Below are positions 1-9,836 of a stretch of 64,000 nt of DNA, one piece after another. Within the stretch, counting starts at the first letter, position 1. Every line of letters starts with the position of its first letter. This DNA is from Dehalococcoidia bacterium. GTDB taxonomy: Bacteria > Chloroflexota > Dehalococcoidia > Lucifugimonadales > UBA3495. The stretch is from NCBI GenBank assembly GCA_965221295.1, contig OZ244879.1, positions 2,897,603 to 2,961,602 on the forward strand, read 5' to 3'. A program made the position numbers and the translations under genes. The notes beneath the pieces were generated by a model that had not been told where the DNA came from, ran no database searches, and worked only from the letters and a program-made list of their open reading frames with translations.

Positions 1-1
1 G

Positions 2-790
2 CGGGAGGCGGCGCCTGCAGAATCCGAGCAGAACCTGCGGAACACCCTGGGCGGTTTCCTGTTCAGCGGCGACGACATCCTCAAACCCATTTCAGCGTTG
101 TCGGGCGGCGAAAAGGCCCGGGTCGCATTGGCCAAGCTACTGCTGCAGCCCAGCAATTTCCTGCTGATGGACGAGCCGACCAACCACCTGGACATCGCCT
201 CCCGGGAAATCCTGTCCGACGCCCTGGGTGATTACCGGGGATCTATCTGCTTGGTGACCCACGACCGCACCCTGATTCGTCAGGTCGCCAACAAGATCAT
301 CGAAATCGACGGCGGGCAGCCCCGGATTTTCCCCGGCGACTATGACGCCTACCTGTACCGGAAGAAACAGGAGTCTGCAGCGGAAACGCCAGTTGCCAAT
401 GGGAACCGGCCGCAACCTTCCACCGAGTCGCAACCATCAACTGAGTCTCAACCATCGCGGCGCCAAAATGCCACGTCAGGGCGCCGGTCCCGCCGTCCGC
501 TAACCCCTGAGGTAGAACAGCAGCGGGACCTCAACCGCCAGGCCCGCAAGGTGGCCGCTCGCATTGACGAGATCGGCGAAGCCATCAGCGACCGGGAAGC
601 GCAAACCGCCGAACTGGAAGCTCTCTTCGCCGATCCAGACCGTTTTGATGACCGGACCCAAATGGCTGCCTCTGGCGAACGATACCGAATCCTCAAAGAA
701 GAGGAGCAATCCCTGTGGGAAGAATGGGAACGTCTATCGGAACAGGCGGAGGACATCGACCGGATGCTGGTGGCCCTCAAACCTTCGTAG
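2..790 (+). CDS. ABC-F family ATP-binding protein, C-terminal part (5' partial at window edge)
   Basis: The frame is open from nt 2. ABC signature [16 protein letters not shown], Walker [13 protein letters not shown] and H-loop VTHDR are followed by a charged coiled-coil tail. Stop TAG is at 788-790. Confidence 0.85.
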   Translation, partial: REAAPAESEQNLRNTLGGFLFSGDDILKPISALSGGEKARVALAKLLLQPSNFLLMDEPTNHLDIASREILSDALGDYRGSICLVTHDRTLIRQVANKIIEIDGGQPRIFPGDYDAYLYRKKQESAAETPVANGNRPQPSTESQPSTESQPSRRQNATSGRRSRRPLTPEVEQQRDLNRQARKVAARIDEIGEAISDREAQTAELEALFADPDRFDDRTQMAASGERYRILKEEEQSLWEEWERLSEQAEDIDRMLVALKPS

Positions 791-826
791 CGTTGTCGGC
801 CATGCCGCTCCCCAAGAGGTGACGCC

Positions 827-1660
827 ATGAGACTGGATGGCAAGGTAGCGGTGATCACCGGCGCCGGCCGGGGTATCGGGCGGGCCATCGCCTTGGCCTA
901 CGCTCGTGAAGGGGCCAAGTTGGCCCTGGCCGCCCGCAACGAAGCCGAATTGCGGCAGGTCGCCAGCGCCGCGGCCGACTTGGGCGCCGAGGCCATCGCC
1001 GTCCCTACCGATGTGACCGATGAGCGCGACACGGAGCGGCTGGCCCGTAGGGCTCACGATGAGTTCGGCCGCATCGACATTCTCGTCAACAACGCCGGGG
1101 TCTCTGGACCCATTGGCTCGTTGCAGAACAACGACGTCGCCGAATGGGTGAACACGGTCAACGTCAACCTCACGGGAACCTTCCTGATGTGCCGCGCCGT
1201 CGTGCCTGTGATGCTGGAAAGCGGGGGCGGGAAGATCATCAACCTCTCCGGCGCCGGGGCGACCAATGCCTGGAGCAACATGTCGGCCTATTGCTCCAGC
1301 AAGGCCGCGGTGGTGCGATTGACCGAGGTGTTGGCTCAGGAACTGGCGAGCCAAGGAATCACGGTGAACGCCCTGGGGCCCGGCTCGGTGCACACCAGCA
1401 TGTGGGACAAGATGACTGAGGATGCGACCCAAGCCGGCGCCGAATTCATTCAACAGCTGGGACTCAGGGTAACGTCCGGTGGCGGCGCGTCCATCGACGA
1501 GTGCGCCGATTTGGCGGTGTGGCTGGCTTCAGCCGAGAGCGGAACGCTCACCGGCCGTTTGATCTCCGCGGCCACCGACGATTTTCGCAGCCTGTCGCCG
1601 CGTATCGAGGAAATCATGGCCGGCGACGCCTACACGCTACGCCGAGTCGGCTTGGATTAA
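827..1660 (+). CDS. SDR family oxidoreductase
   Basis: N-terminal GKVAVITGAGRGIGRAIA Rossmann motif, NNAG, and catalytic YCSSK (YxxxK). RBS AGAGGTGA lies upstream. Paralog of 23420-24253. Confidence 0.85.
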   Translation: MRLDGKVAVITGAGRGIGRAIALAYAREGAKLALAARNEAELRQVASAAADLGAEAIAVPTDVTDERDTERLARRAHDEFGRIDILVNNAGVSGPIGSLQNNDVAEWVNTVNVNLTGTFLMCRAVVPVMLESGGGKIINLSGAGATNAWSNMSAYCSSKAAVVRLTEVLAQELASQGITVNALGPGSVHTSMWDKMTEDATQAGAEFIQQLGLRVTSGGGASIDECADLAVWLASAESGTLTGRLISAATDDFRSLSPRIEEIMAGDAYTLRRVGLD

Positions 1661-1699
1661 AGCTTGGATTGAAGCCCAGATTGCGAACGCCAGAGACAC

Positions 1700-2902
1700 C
1701 TAGGCGATCACTCCCTGCTCGGCGATCACCCCCTGCTCGGCCAGGTCCGCCAGGTCAGACTCCGATAAACCCAAAAGGTTTCCATAGATTTCCCCGTTGT
1801 GCTCACCGTATCTGGGGATCGGCCCGGCGGTGGTAGGGGTCTTGGAGAACTTGATGATGGTGGGGCCCGGAACCAGCACCTTCTTGCCGGGCGGGTCGTG
1901 GGCGTCGGCCTCCATCATCACCTCCCGCTCCCACATGTGGCTATCGGCCAGCACCTCCGGTATGGACTTCACTGGACCGAAGGGAATGTCGGCGGCGACC
2001 AGGGCTTCCTCAACCTCGGCAACGGTGCGCTCTTCGCACCACATTCGGAGCAGCTCCATCCGTATCTCGGCCATGTCGGTGGCGAACATCGGCGCGGCGA
2101 ATTCGGGGTCTTCAGCCAATTCGTCATAGTCCATCACCCTGAGCATCCGCTCCCACATGCCGGCGCGAGCCGCTCCCGTGGTGACCCATCCATCCTTGCA
2201 ACGCAGGAAGGTTCCCACCCTGACGAAATCGTTGGTGTTGGTTTCGTAGCACATGGCCAGGGCGACTTCCTCCAGGGTGATGCCGCCATCCAGCATGGCC
2301 ACCTCCAACCATTGCCCTTCGCCCGTCCGGTCCCGGTGGCGGAGCGCTCCCAGGATCCCGATTACGGCGTGGAGCGCGGCGGTGCGATCCATCACCGGGC
2401 CATTGCCCATGATGGGTTCCCCGAACCCGCGGCCGGTCTGATCGCCAAAACCGCTCATGGCCTGGATGATGGGGTCGAAGCACTGGCGTTCGCGATAGGG
2501 GCCGTACTGTCCAAACCCGGAAACGGAGGCCAGGATAATTTCGGGATTGACCTGGCACAGTTCTTCGTACCCGAATCCCATTTGCGCCATGGTGCCCGGC
2601 CGGAAATTCTCCAGAACCACGTCGGAGACTTCGAGCAGGCGGAAGAAAAGCTCCTTGCCTTTTTCGTGCCTGGTGTTCAGCGTCACGCTCTTCTTGCCGC
2701 GGTTGTATGCGGCGAATTGCACGCTCATACCGCCCACGAACGGCCCCGAGTCGCGCAGATCTGCTCCCTTGCGCCATTCTATTTTGATCACCTCGGCGCC
2801 CATGTCCTGCAGAATCAATCCGCCCCTTGGCGCGGCCTGCCAGCGGGCGAGTTCAAGCACGCGCACTCCATCCAAAACCGAGGCGTTTCCGTTAGCTATC
2901 AT
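1700..2902 (-). CDS. CaiB/BaiF family (type III) CoA-transferase
   Basis: LDGVRVLELARWQAAPRGGLILQDMGAEVIKIE is the typical family-III N-terminus. The start was trimmed to the ATG at 2902, which is preceded by GGGGAGA. The longer ORF to 3097 has no homology-like sequence. Confidence 0.85.
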   Translation of the reverse strand: MIANGNASVLDGVRVLELARWQAAPRGGLILQDMGAEVIKIEWRKGADLRDSGPFVGGMSVQFAAYNRGKKSVTLNTRHEKGKELFFRLLEVSDVVLENFRPGTMAQMGFGYEELCQVNPEIILASVSGFGQYGPYRERQCFDPIIQAMSGFGDQTGRGFGEPIMGNGPVMDRTAALHAVIGILGALRHRDRTGEGQWLEVAMLDGGITLEEVALAMCYETNTNDFVRVGTFLRCKDGWVTTGAARAGMWERMLRVMDYDELAEDPEFAAPMFATDMAEIRMELLRMWCEERTVAEVEEALVAADIPFGPVKSIPEVLADSHMWEREVMMEADAHDPPGKKVLVPGPTIIKFSKTPTTAGPIPRYGEHNGEIYGNLLGLSESDLADLAEQGVIAEQGVIA

Positions 2903-3011
2903 GTGGTGTCTCCCCTGCTCCTGGTTGTCGCCCCATTGTACCCGGATATTGCCCCGCCGTTCGGGGGCATGTACACTCGCGGACAGTTCATACCCCAGGG
3001 AGGCGCAATCC

Positions 3012-3212
3012 ATGCCTATATCCGACGAAACCCTCAATAGAATCATTGCTGAATACGGCGGATTCGAGCTGAGCGGCGAGGAATTGGAGTTGGTCAAACC
3101 TGAGTTGGAGAACTATCTGGCTGAGTTGCAGAACCTCAGGGACCTCGACCTGTCCGACGTAATGTCATCACGCCTGCTCCGGGCGGCGGAAGGAGCCGAT
3201 GCCGATGCCTGA
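3012..3212 (+). CDS. GatC/AtzG-like small subunit (66 aa) partnered with the downstream amidase
   Basis: ATG at 3012 follows GGGAGG. The 66-aa acidic helical protein (ISDETLNRIIAEYGGFELSGEELELVKPELENYLAELQNL) resembles GatC. It overlaps the amidase start by 14 nt. Confidence 0.6.
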   Translation: MPISDETLNRIIAEYGGFELSGEELELVKPELENYLAELQNLRDLDLSDVMSSRLLRAAEGADADA

Positions 3213-4628
3213 CCACGAAATGCTGAAACTGACCATCTCGGAAATCGCGCCGCTGATTCAGTCGCGGGCCGTGTCCCCGGTTGAGCTGACGGAGGCTGCC
3301 CTCGCGGAGGCCGAACTGCGTCAACCGGTGTTGAACTCCTTCATCACCGTCATGCGAGACCGAGCGCGGACGCAGGCCGAGGAGGCGGAGGCAGAGCTCG
3401 CACGGGGCGAATACCGCGGCCCTTTGCATGGCATACCCATCGGAATCAAGGACAACATCGCCACCGGCGGCATCAAAACCACCGTGGGGACCAAAGTCTT
3501 GAAGGATCACGTGCCCGACGAGGATGCCGAGGTCGTGAGGCGGTGCAAGGAGGCCGGCGCCATCATCCTGGGCAAGGAAAACCTCGAGGAATTCGCGGCG
3601 GGCGCCACCTCCAACAACCCTCACTACGGCCCGGTTCACAACCCCTGGGGCCTCGACCACGTGCCGGGCGGCTCCAGCGGCGGCGGTGGCGCCAACGTGG
3701 CGGCCGGCGTAACCTTTGCCTCGTTGGGCACTGACCTGGGCGGATCGGTGCGCATTCCGGGAGCGTTCTGCGGCGTGGTGGGTTTGAAGCAAACCTTCGG
3801 ACGGGTCAGCCAGCGGGGTCTGCTGGTAACCAGCTTCAACGGCGACCATATCGGCCCAATGACCCGTTCGGTTCGGGACAGCGCGCTGGTCCTTCAAGCG
3901 ATCGCCGGCTATGACCCCTTGGATCCGTCCACCGTGCCGGTTCCCGTGGACGACTACGCCCTGGCAGTTGAGCGCGGAGTTCAGGGGCTAGTCATGGGCA
4001 TACCGACAAACCATTACTTCGACCTGCTGGATCCTGAGGTCGAAGCGGCGGTACGCCGGGCCATCGCAGCGCTGGAGGAACTGGGAGTGGCCAGCCGCGA
4101 GGTCAGCTTGCCCAGCATGGAATACGTGGGCGCCCTCCGATTTGCCGCCATGGCGGACAGCGTCGTCACCCATGAGCCGTACATCCAGTCCAACCGGGAA
4201 GACTACGGCCCAGATACGCTCTATCGAACGCTGGCCGGTCAGTTCGTGCTGGGCCGCGACTACTCCAAGGCCATGAAGGTGCAGCGCGTCATCAAGGAGG
4301 ATACGCCCAAGTCATGCAGGAAGTCGATTTCCTGGTGACGCCAACGGCTCCGATGCCAGCGCCCCGCATCGACGCCGAAACCATCGAGGTGCAAGGGCGC
4401 CGCCAAAAAGTCCGGGGGCCCGGTTCCGGGCATATATCCCGCAACACCAGCCCGATGAACGGCACGGGATTCCCGGCCATCACCGTGCCCTGCGGCTTCA
4501 GTGGCTTGGGTTTGCCCATCGGACTCCAATTCATCGGGCGTCCTTGGGCAGAGGGCAACCTGTTCCGAATCGCCCACGCATACGAAGGGATCTCTCCCAG
4601 CGTTGGGGCATGGCCGGATTTGGGCTAA
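3199..4628 (+). pseudogene. Amidase-signature family amidase (GatA/AtzE-like) interrupted by an apparent 1-nt deletion near 4300-4302
   Basis: ORF 3199-4338 (frame 1) carries GIKDN and GGSSGGGGA. ORF 4314-4628 (frame 3) carries the amidase C-terminus (VDFLVTPTAP...FPAITVPCGF). Frame 3 read back to 4302 gives YAQVMQEVDFLV, which joins cleanly to ...KVQRVIKED. Confidence 0.75.
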
Positions 4629-4669
4629 ACCGGCCATGCCATTTCCGGAGGGCTATCGCGGCGCCGGGG

Positions 4670-6244
4670 TCATCCCGCCGCCACCCAGTCGGCCACCCGT
4701 TCCGCCACCATGATGACGGTGGGATGAATGCCGCCGGATCGCGGCACCCGCGGCATCACCGAAGCGTCCACCACCCAGAGGCCCTCGACGCCACGCACTC
4801 GACAGCGCTGGTCAACCACTGCCATGGGGTCGGAGTCTGGCCCCATTCGGCAGGTGCCGGATACGTGCCGAGCCGTCCCCACTGTCTGCCTGATCCATAG
4901 ATCCAGGGCGTCGTCGTCGTTTAGGATTTCATCAGACGGATTGATGCGGAAATCGCAAACGTCGCGGAAGGCGTCGGATTCCAACATGCGGGCGCCGAAC
5001 CGAACGCCGTCGCGCACCCGCCGTGCATCGTTGGGATGCTGCAGGTACCGGTAGTTGAACTCCGGTTGCTGGTCGGGGTCTGAAGAAGCCAGGCGAACAT
5101 ACCCGGAACCGTCGGGCAGACCCAGCGTGCAGGAGATGCGCGCCGCCCGGTCTGGGGGCACGTCGCCCGTGTTGTAACGGGTCCGAACGCCCGGCACCAA
5201 TTCCTCGCGTTCGTCCACTACGGTGTTGCTGCGCAGCACCATGTCGTTGGTGTATTCCGAACCTTCGGCGGAGTAGTGGAGGCCAAAATGCGGCGAATCC
5301 GGTTCGGCGGTCAGCGTTTTGCCGTCCTTCACCTTGTAGGTGATGTGCGCGCTCAGGTGGTTCCACAGGCCCTGACCCACCCCTGGGCTATCGTGGATAA
5401 CCGGGATGCCGAACTGCTGGAGATGCTGCTTGGGCCCGACGCCGGATAGCATCAGTAGCTGGGGGGACCGGAGCGCGCCGCTGCTGAGCGCCACCCGGTC
5501 GGCCAGCGCCGTGAAGATCTCGCCGCCGCTCTCGGCTTCCACGCCCACCGCCCGGTTGCCCTCGAACAACACCCGGCGCACGTACACGTTGCCGCGCACG
5601 GTCAGGTTCAGCCTGTGGCGCATGGGGTTAAGGTGAGTCATGGCGGCGCTCATGCGGATGCCGCCCAGGTTATTGGTGGGGGAGACGCCCACGCCCGTCG
5701 GGTTGGGGCCGTTGGTGTCTTCAACCGCTCCGAAACCGTCGGCCAGGCAGGCGTCATAAAAAGCTCGCTGGATGTCGGCCCAGGCGCCCGACTGACGGCG
5801 GCGCACCGGCATCGGCCCATCCGTACCGTGGTAGTCATCCTGTATGTCCAGGTCGTTTTCCATCTTGCGGTAGAAGGGCAGCACCTTGTCGTATGACCAT
5901 TCGTCGTTGCCCATGGCCGCCCAACTGTCGAAATCCTCTGGGAAGCCCCGCTGCATCGCCTGACCATTGATGGAAGAACCGCCGCCGATCACCTTGCCTT
6001 GGGCAACGTGAATGGCGCCCTGCTCTTCAGTAATGGTTCCGCGCAAGGCCCAGTTGTGGATCGAATCCTGAGCCTCGGCGTATCTGGTGCCGCCAAACTT
6101 CACGTCGTCCGGCAGAACCGACGGATCCGGGTAGTCGTTGCCGGCCTCCAGCAACAGCACCGATGTGTTGGTGTCTTCAGCCAAGCGGGCGGCCAGGGTG
6201 GAGCCAGCGGCTCCGCCTCCGACCACTATCACGTCGTATTTCAT
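4670..6244 (-). CDS. GMC family oxidoreductase (choline dehydrogenase-like flavoprotein)
   Basis: MKYDVIVVGGGAAGSTLAARLAE FAD-binding fold and a C-terminal GTCRMG...VVD..V.P motif. Start ATG at 6244 is preceded by AGGAGG. Confidence 0.85.
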   Translation of the reverse strand: MKYDVIVVGGGAAGSTLAARLAEDTNTSVLLLEAGNDYPDPSVLPDDVKFGGTRYAEAQDSIHNWALRGTITEEQGAIHVAQGKVIGGGSSINGQAMQRGFPEDFDSWAAMGNDEWSYDKVLPFYRKMENDLDIQDDYHGTDGPMPVRRRQSGAWADIQRAFYDACLADGFGAVEDTNGPNPTGVGVSPTNNLGGIRMSAAMTHLNPMRHRLNLTVRGNVYVRRVLFEGNRAVGVEAESGGEIFTALADRVALSSGALRSPQLLMLSGVGPKQHLQQFGIPVIHDSPGVGQGLWNHLSAHITYKVKDGKTLTAEPDSPHFGLHYSAEGSEYTNDMVLRSNTVVDEREELVPGVRTRYNTGDVPPDRAARISCTLGLPDGSGYVRLASSDPDQQPEFNYRYLQHPNDARRVRDGVRFGARMLESDAFRDVCDFRINPSDEILNDDDALDLWIRQTVGTARHVSGTCRMGPDSDPMAVVDQRCRVRGVEGLWVVDASVMPRVPRSGGIHPTVIMVAERVADWVAAG

Positions 6245-6326
6245 GGGACCTCCTGAAACCTGTGCGTCGCCGCGTGGCCGCGGGCATCTCAAACAACCTG
6301 AATTCTATAATATTATCGACCGAATA

Positions 6327-7307
6327 TCATCCGACGAATACCGGTTGGCCAGATGCCATCGATTCGTAGGCGGCGAGAACCAGAGCCAAATCAGCCGCTC
6401 CTTCGGCTCCACTCATGGCTGGCGCCCCCTGTTCCCGGATGCTTCGATGGAATTCCCGAACCATCGGCACGAAGCCGCCCGGATGGTCTGCAACGTCAAT
6501 CAGCGTTTCGGAACCGGCCTCTACGATTTTCAGTTGCGGCTTGCCGGCCTCGAAGTACAGGGTGGCGTCGGCGCCGGACAGCGAAACCCAGGAATGCGGA
6601 GCGATTGGAGCTACGTTCCACGAGTGGGTGATGACGCCGACCACGCCTTCCGCGGTGCGCGTCATCACCACCGCGCCATCCTCGGCCTCCAGGCCTGGTT
6701 GGCCGCGCGGCGTTTCGTGAGCGTAGACGCGATTGGGTCGGCCGCAGAGATGCGACAACACGCTGAACTTGTGAATTCCTCCGTCGATGAGGACGCCGCC
6801 CCCGTTGAATTCGGCCCGGCTGCGCCATCCCTGGGGAAAAAACGGGTACTGCTCATGCAGTTCCATAAGCCTTAACGACCCCAACCGTCCTGCGTCCACC
6901 AACCGTTTGGCCTCCATGACTGCCGGGTGAAAGCGCCAGTTCTCCGCCACCATGAGCGTTACGCCTGCTGAATCGGTTAGCCGGATCATGGTTTCAGCGT
7001 CCGCCAGTTCAGCGGCGATCGGCTTCTCAACCAACGCGTGCTTGCCTTCCCTGGCGGCCAGAGCGACGTGTTCCAGGTGCAAATGGTGGGGAGTGCAAAC
7101 GTAAACCGCGTCCACCCTGGGATCCGCCACCGCCGCGGCGTAATCGCCAAAAGCGTCGATGCCGTTGAACCGGGCGGCGTAATCTCGCGCCTTGCGCAAA
7201 TCGCGGCTGGCGAAGTACAGGCCAATCTCGTCGCTCAGTTCCGAAACGTACCGCGCGAAACGAGCGGAGAAGTCGCCGCAACCCAGAACCAAAAGACCAA
7301 GACTCAC
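6327..7307 (-). CDS. Gfo/Idh/MocA family oxidoreductase
   Basis: LGLLVLGCGDFSARF Rossmann N-terminus and an EKP motif (LVEKPIA). GTG at 7307 has GAGGA upstream. The alternative GTG at 7328 has no RBS. Confidence 0.8.
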   Translation of the reverse strand: MSLGLLVLGCGDFSARFARYVSELSDEIGLYFASRDLRKARDYAARFNGIDAFGDYAAAVADPRVDAVYVCTPHHLHLEHVALAAREGKHALVEKPIAAELADAETMIRLTDSAGVTLMVAENWRFHPAVMEAKRLVDAGRLGSLRLMELHEQYPFFPQGWRSRAEFNGGGVLIDGGIHKFSVLSHLCGRPNRVYAHETPRGQPGLEAEDGAVVMTRTAEGVVGVITHSWNVAPIAPHSWVSLSGADATLYFEAGKPQLKIVEAGSETLIDVADHPGGFVPMVREFHRSIREQGAPAMSGAEGAADLALVLAAYESMASGQPVFVG

Positions 7308-7510
7308 ATTGTCACCATCCTCGAGCACAGCGCCGCCAGCCGCAACCTGGCGCGGCGATTGAACATGAGGTTAACGCAGAAGGCGCGCGGAATCCAGCGT
7401 AAAAGCCCAACGGTTGATTGCCCAGACGTGGGTTCCTATAATCGTCAGCGTAGAATCGACTGCGCAGCCACCCCGGTTCAGGTGGACAACCCAGCGCGAG
7501 GAGGACGGAA

Positions 7511-8302
7511 ATGGCCCGGTTGGACGGAAAAGTGGCTCTGATCACGGGCGCGACGGGCGGCATCGGCCGGGCAGCCGCCCGCGCGTTCGCCGACGAAGGC
7601 GCTCGGCTCACGCTGGTGGACCTCGATGAGAGCGCCTTGCAAGAACTGGTGGAATCCATTGGACCGGATCGGGCCAGTTACGCAGTCGCCGACGTAACCG
7701 ATCCGGTCCAGTCCCAAGCTTATGTCAACGCCGCCGCGGAACGCTGGGGCGGCATCGACGTGTTCCTGGCCAACGCCGGCATCGAGGGGCAGCTTTCGCC
7801 CATCACCGACTATCCCATCGAAGTATTCGACCGGGTGATGGCCGTGAACGTGCGCGGCGTATGGCTCGGCATCAAGTACGTAACGCCGGTGATGCGAGAG
7901 CGTGGCGGGGGCAGCATCGTCATCACGTCGTCTACGGCCGGCATCGGCGCCGGGCCGGATATGTCGGCCTACACCACCAGCAAGCACGCGGTGATTGGGC
8001 TGATGCGGACCGCGGCCATGGAAGGCGCTCCCCTGGGCATCCGTGTCAACACCGTGAATCCGGCCCCGATCGAAACCCGCATGATGCGATCCATCGAAGA
8101 GCAGCGCGTGGCTGCCCTGGACGACGCCACCGTCACCGTGGATCAAACGAAACGGGCGACGGCGGCGCGCATTCCGCTGCAACGGTACGGAAACCCCGAA
8201 GAAGTGGCCCAGATGATGCTGTTCTTGGCCAGCGACGACAGCAGCTTCTGCACCGGTGGCGTCTACATGGTGGACGGGGGCCGGTCGGCGGGAAACCGTT
8301 AG
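7511..8302 (+). CDS. SDR family oxidoreductase
   Basis: GKVALITGATGGIGRAAA, NAG, YTTSK (YxxxK). RBS GAGGAGGA. Confidence 0.85.
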   Translation: MARLDGKVALITGATGGIGRAAARAFADEGARLTLVDLDESALQELVESIGPDRASYAVADVTDPVQSQAYVNAAAERWGGIDVFLANAGIEGQLSPITDYPIEVFDRVMAVNVRGVWLGIKYVTPVMRERGGGSIVITSSTAGIGAGPDMSAYTTSKHAVIGLMRTAAMEGAPLGIRVNTVNPAPIETRMMRSIEEQRVAALDDATVTVDQTKRATAARIPLQRYGNPEEVAQMMLFLASDDSSFCTGGVYMVDGGRSAGNR

Positions 8303-8309
8303 CAGACGC

Positions 8310-9545
8310 TCAGCAGCAACCCGCCAGACCTGGCGTCTTTGAAATGCCGCGGTCCCGCACCAAAAGGGTGGCGGCGGCCGCAACCACCGATAGCCCCAGC
8401 AGCAGGATGAAGGCGGGGTTATAGCTGCCCCACAGGTCAAAAGCCAGGGCGCCGACCAGGGCTCCCAGCCCTCCGCTGATCTGGTGAACCGCCGAAATGG
8501 CGCCGCTGATCCTCCCTAAACGAGTCTGGCCGAACAGGTTGCCGGAGAACATTACCGTCAAGGGCGCCGTCATCAGGAAGGTGAATCCGTAGAGCAGGGC
8601 GAATGCCATCACCGACGCTTTGGCCTGTGACAGCAAGATCAGCCCGAAGATGCCGATGCGCATGACGAAACACAGCAGCGTCGGCCGGCCCGGCCCCTTG
8701 AGGTCGGCCAAATACCCAGAGACCAGCACCCCCAGCAGGCCCATCAATCCCATGAAGGCCAGCAGGTTGCCCGCCACCACCGTTTGAATTCCAGTGTCCA
8801 GAGCGAAAGCCACCACGTGCGTCGCCACCAGAAAATCCTGGAAACCGCAAATGGCATAGATCCCCACCAGCAACCAAAGCTGGCCGGAATGCAACAGAGG
8901 AGACTCACGGGAAGTTTCCAGGGGCGCATCCGGCGCCTGAGCCGGCGGCGCTTCGTCCCATGCGGCTGGCGGCGCCGGGCGCGACCTGACCGCCAACAGC
9001 GCCGCCGGCGCCAGGATCGCCAGGTTGGCCAGGCCCAGACCCGCGAAAGACCACCGCCAGTTGTACCTAACCAACGATTGGGCCAATACGCCAACGATGG
9101 CCAACTGACCGATGGCGTTGCCCGATACGGCCACGCTGTTGGCCAGACCTCGCCGATCGGGAAACCACCGCACGATCATCACGCTCACGACCGGGTTGGA
9201 CATTCCCGCGTTGCCCAGGGCGAAAATCAGCCCGTACACCGTGAATAACTGCCAGGGCGCGGACACCACGCTCATCAGACCCAGGCCCAGCGCGACCAGA
9301 ACCGCGCCCGCGCCCATGATCCAGCGAAGTTCGTAGCGGTCCGCAAGCCGTCCAACCAACGGCATGGCCAGAGCCGACACCAACATGTAGGCGGTGATGC
9401 CCAGCGAGAGAACTGACCTGCTCCACTCAAGGTCATCGGCCATGGGCTTGAGCATCAGCCCCAGGGCGGATCTCGAGCCGCCGTTGAAGAAGAGAACCAG
9501 GAATCCCGTCGCCAGGATGATCCAGCGGTAGTCAGCGCCTCGCAT
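8310..9545 (-). CDS. MFS transporter
   Basis: 411 aa with about 12 hydrophobic helices. The GRLADRY loop motif lies between TM2 and TM3. Confidence 0.8.
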   Translation of the reverse strand: MRGADYRWIILATGFLVLFFNGGSRSALGLMLKPMADDLEWSRSVLSLGITAYMLVSALAMPLVGRLADRYELRWIMGAGAVLVALGLGLMSVVSAPWQLFTVYGLIFALGNAGMSNPVVSVMIVRWFPDRRGLANSVAVSGNAIGQLAIVGVLAQSLVRYNWRWSFAGLGLANLAILAPAALLAVRSRPAPPAAWDEAPPAQAPDAPLETSRESPLLHSGQLWLLVGIYAICGFQDFLVATHVVAFALDTGIQTVVAGNLLAFMGLMGLLGVLVSGYLADLKGPGRPTLLCFVMRIGIFGLILLSQAKASVMAFALLYGFTFLMTAPLTVMFSGNLFGQTRLGRISGAISAVHQISGGLGALVGALAFDLWGSYNPAFILLLGLSVVAAAATLLVRDRGISKTPGLAGCC

Positions 9546-9836
9546 CGAACCGACGCTCCGTCAGGCTGCCACACCCTAGCGCACTGGTAGTGGCGAGTCA
9601 ATGCATCCGGATCCTTCACGCCACCCGGTTTCTGCGACCGCTACTGAAACCAGGCATTTTATTCGTCAGCCTGAAGCGATGGACCCAATATTGGGAGCGC
9701 AGCGCGGCAAACTCGTTGCCCGCCAATAACCACGGTTCGCCCTGTCTAGGGGCCGTAGCGACATCACCACGGGAGGGTCAATGTGCGAACGCTCGACCGG
9801 CGCCGCTCGAGCGCCTTCCCGCTCAAGGTGTCTCTG

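Noticed and set aside
4290-4320. Programmed ribosomal frameshift in the amidase
   Set aside because: There is no slippery X-XXY-YYZ heptamer and no obvious downstream stimulatory structure. A single missing T in GAGGA(T)TAC explains the frame change.
9546-9836. 290-bp intergenic region between the MFS and DAO-type genes, with short inverted repeats (GTGGCG...CGCCAC, GGTTTC...GAAACC)
   Set aside because: The stems are short (6-7 bp) with long loops, and no T-run lies on the relevant strand. This is insufficient to call a terminator or an RNA element.
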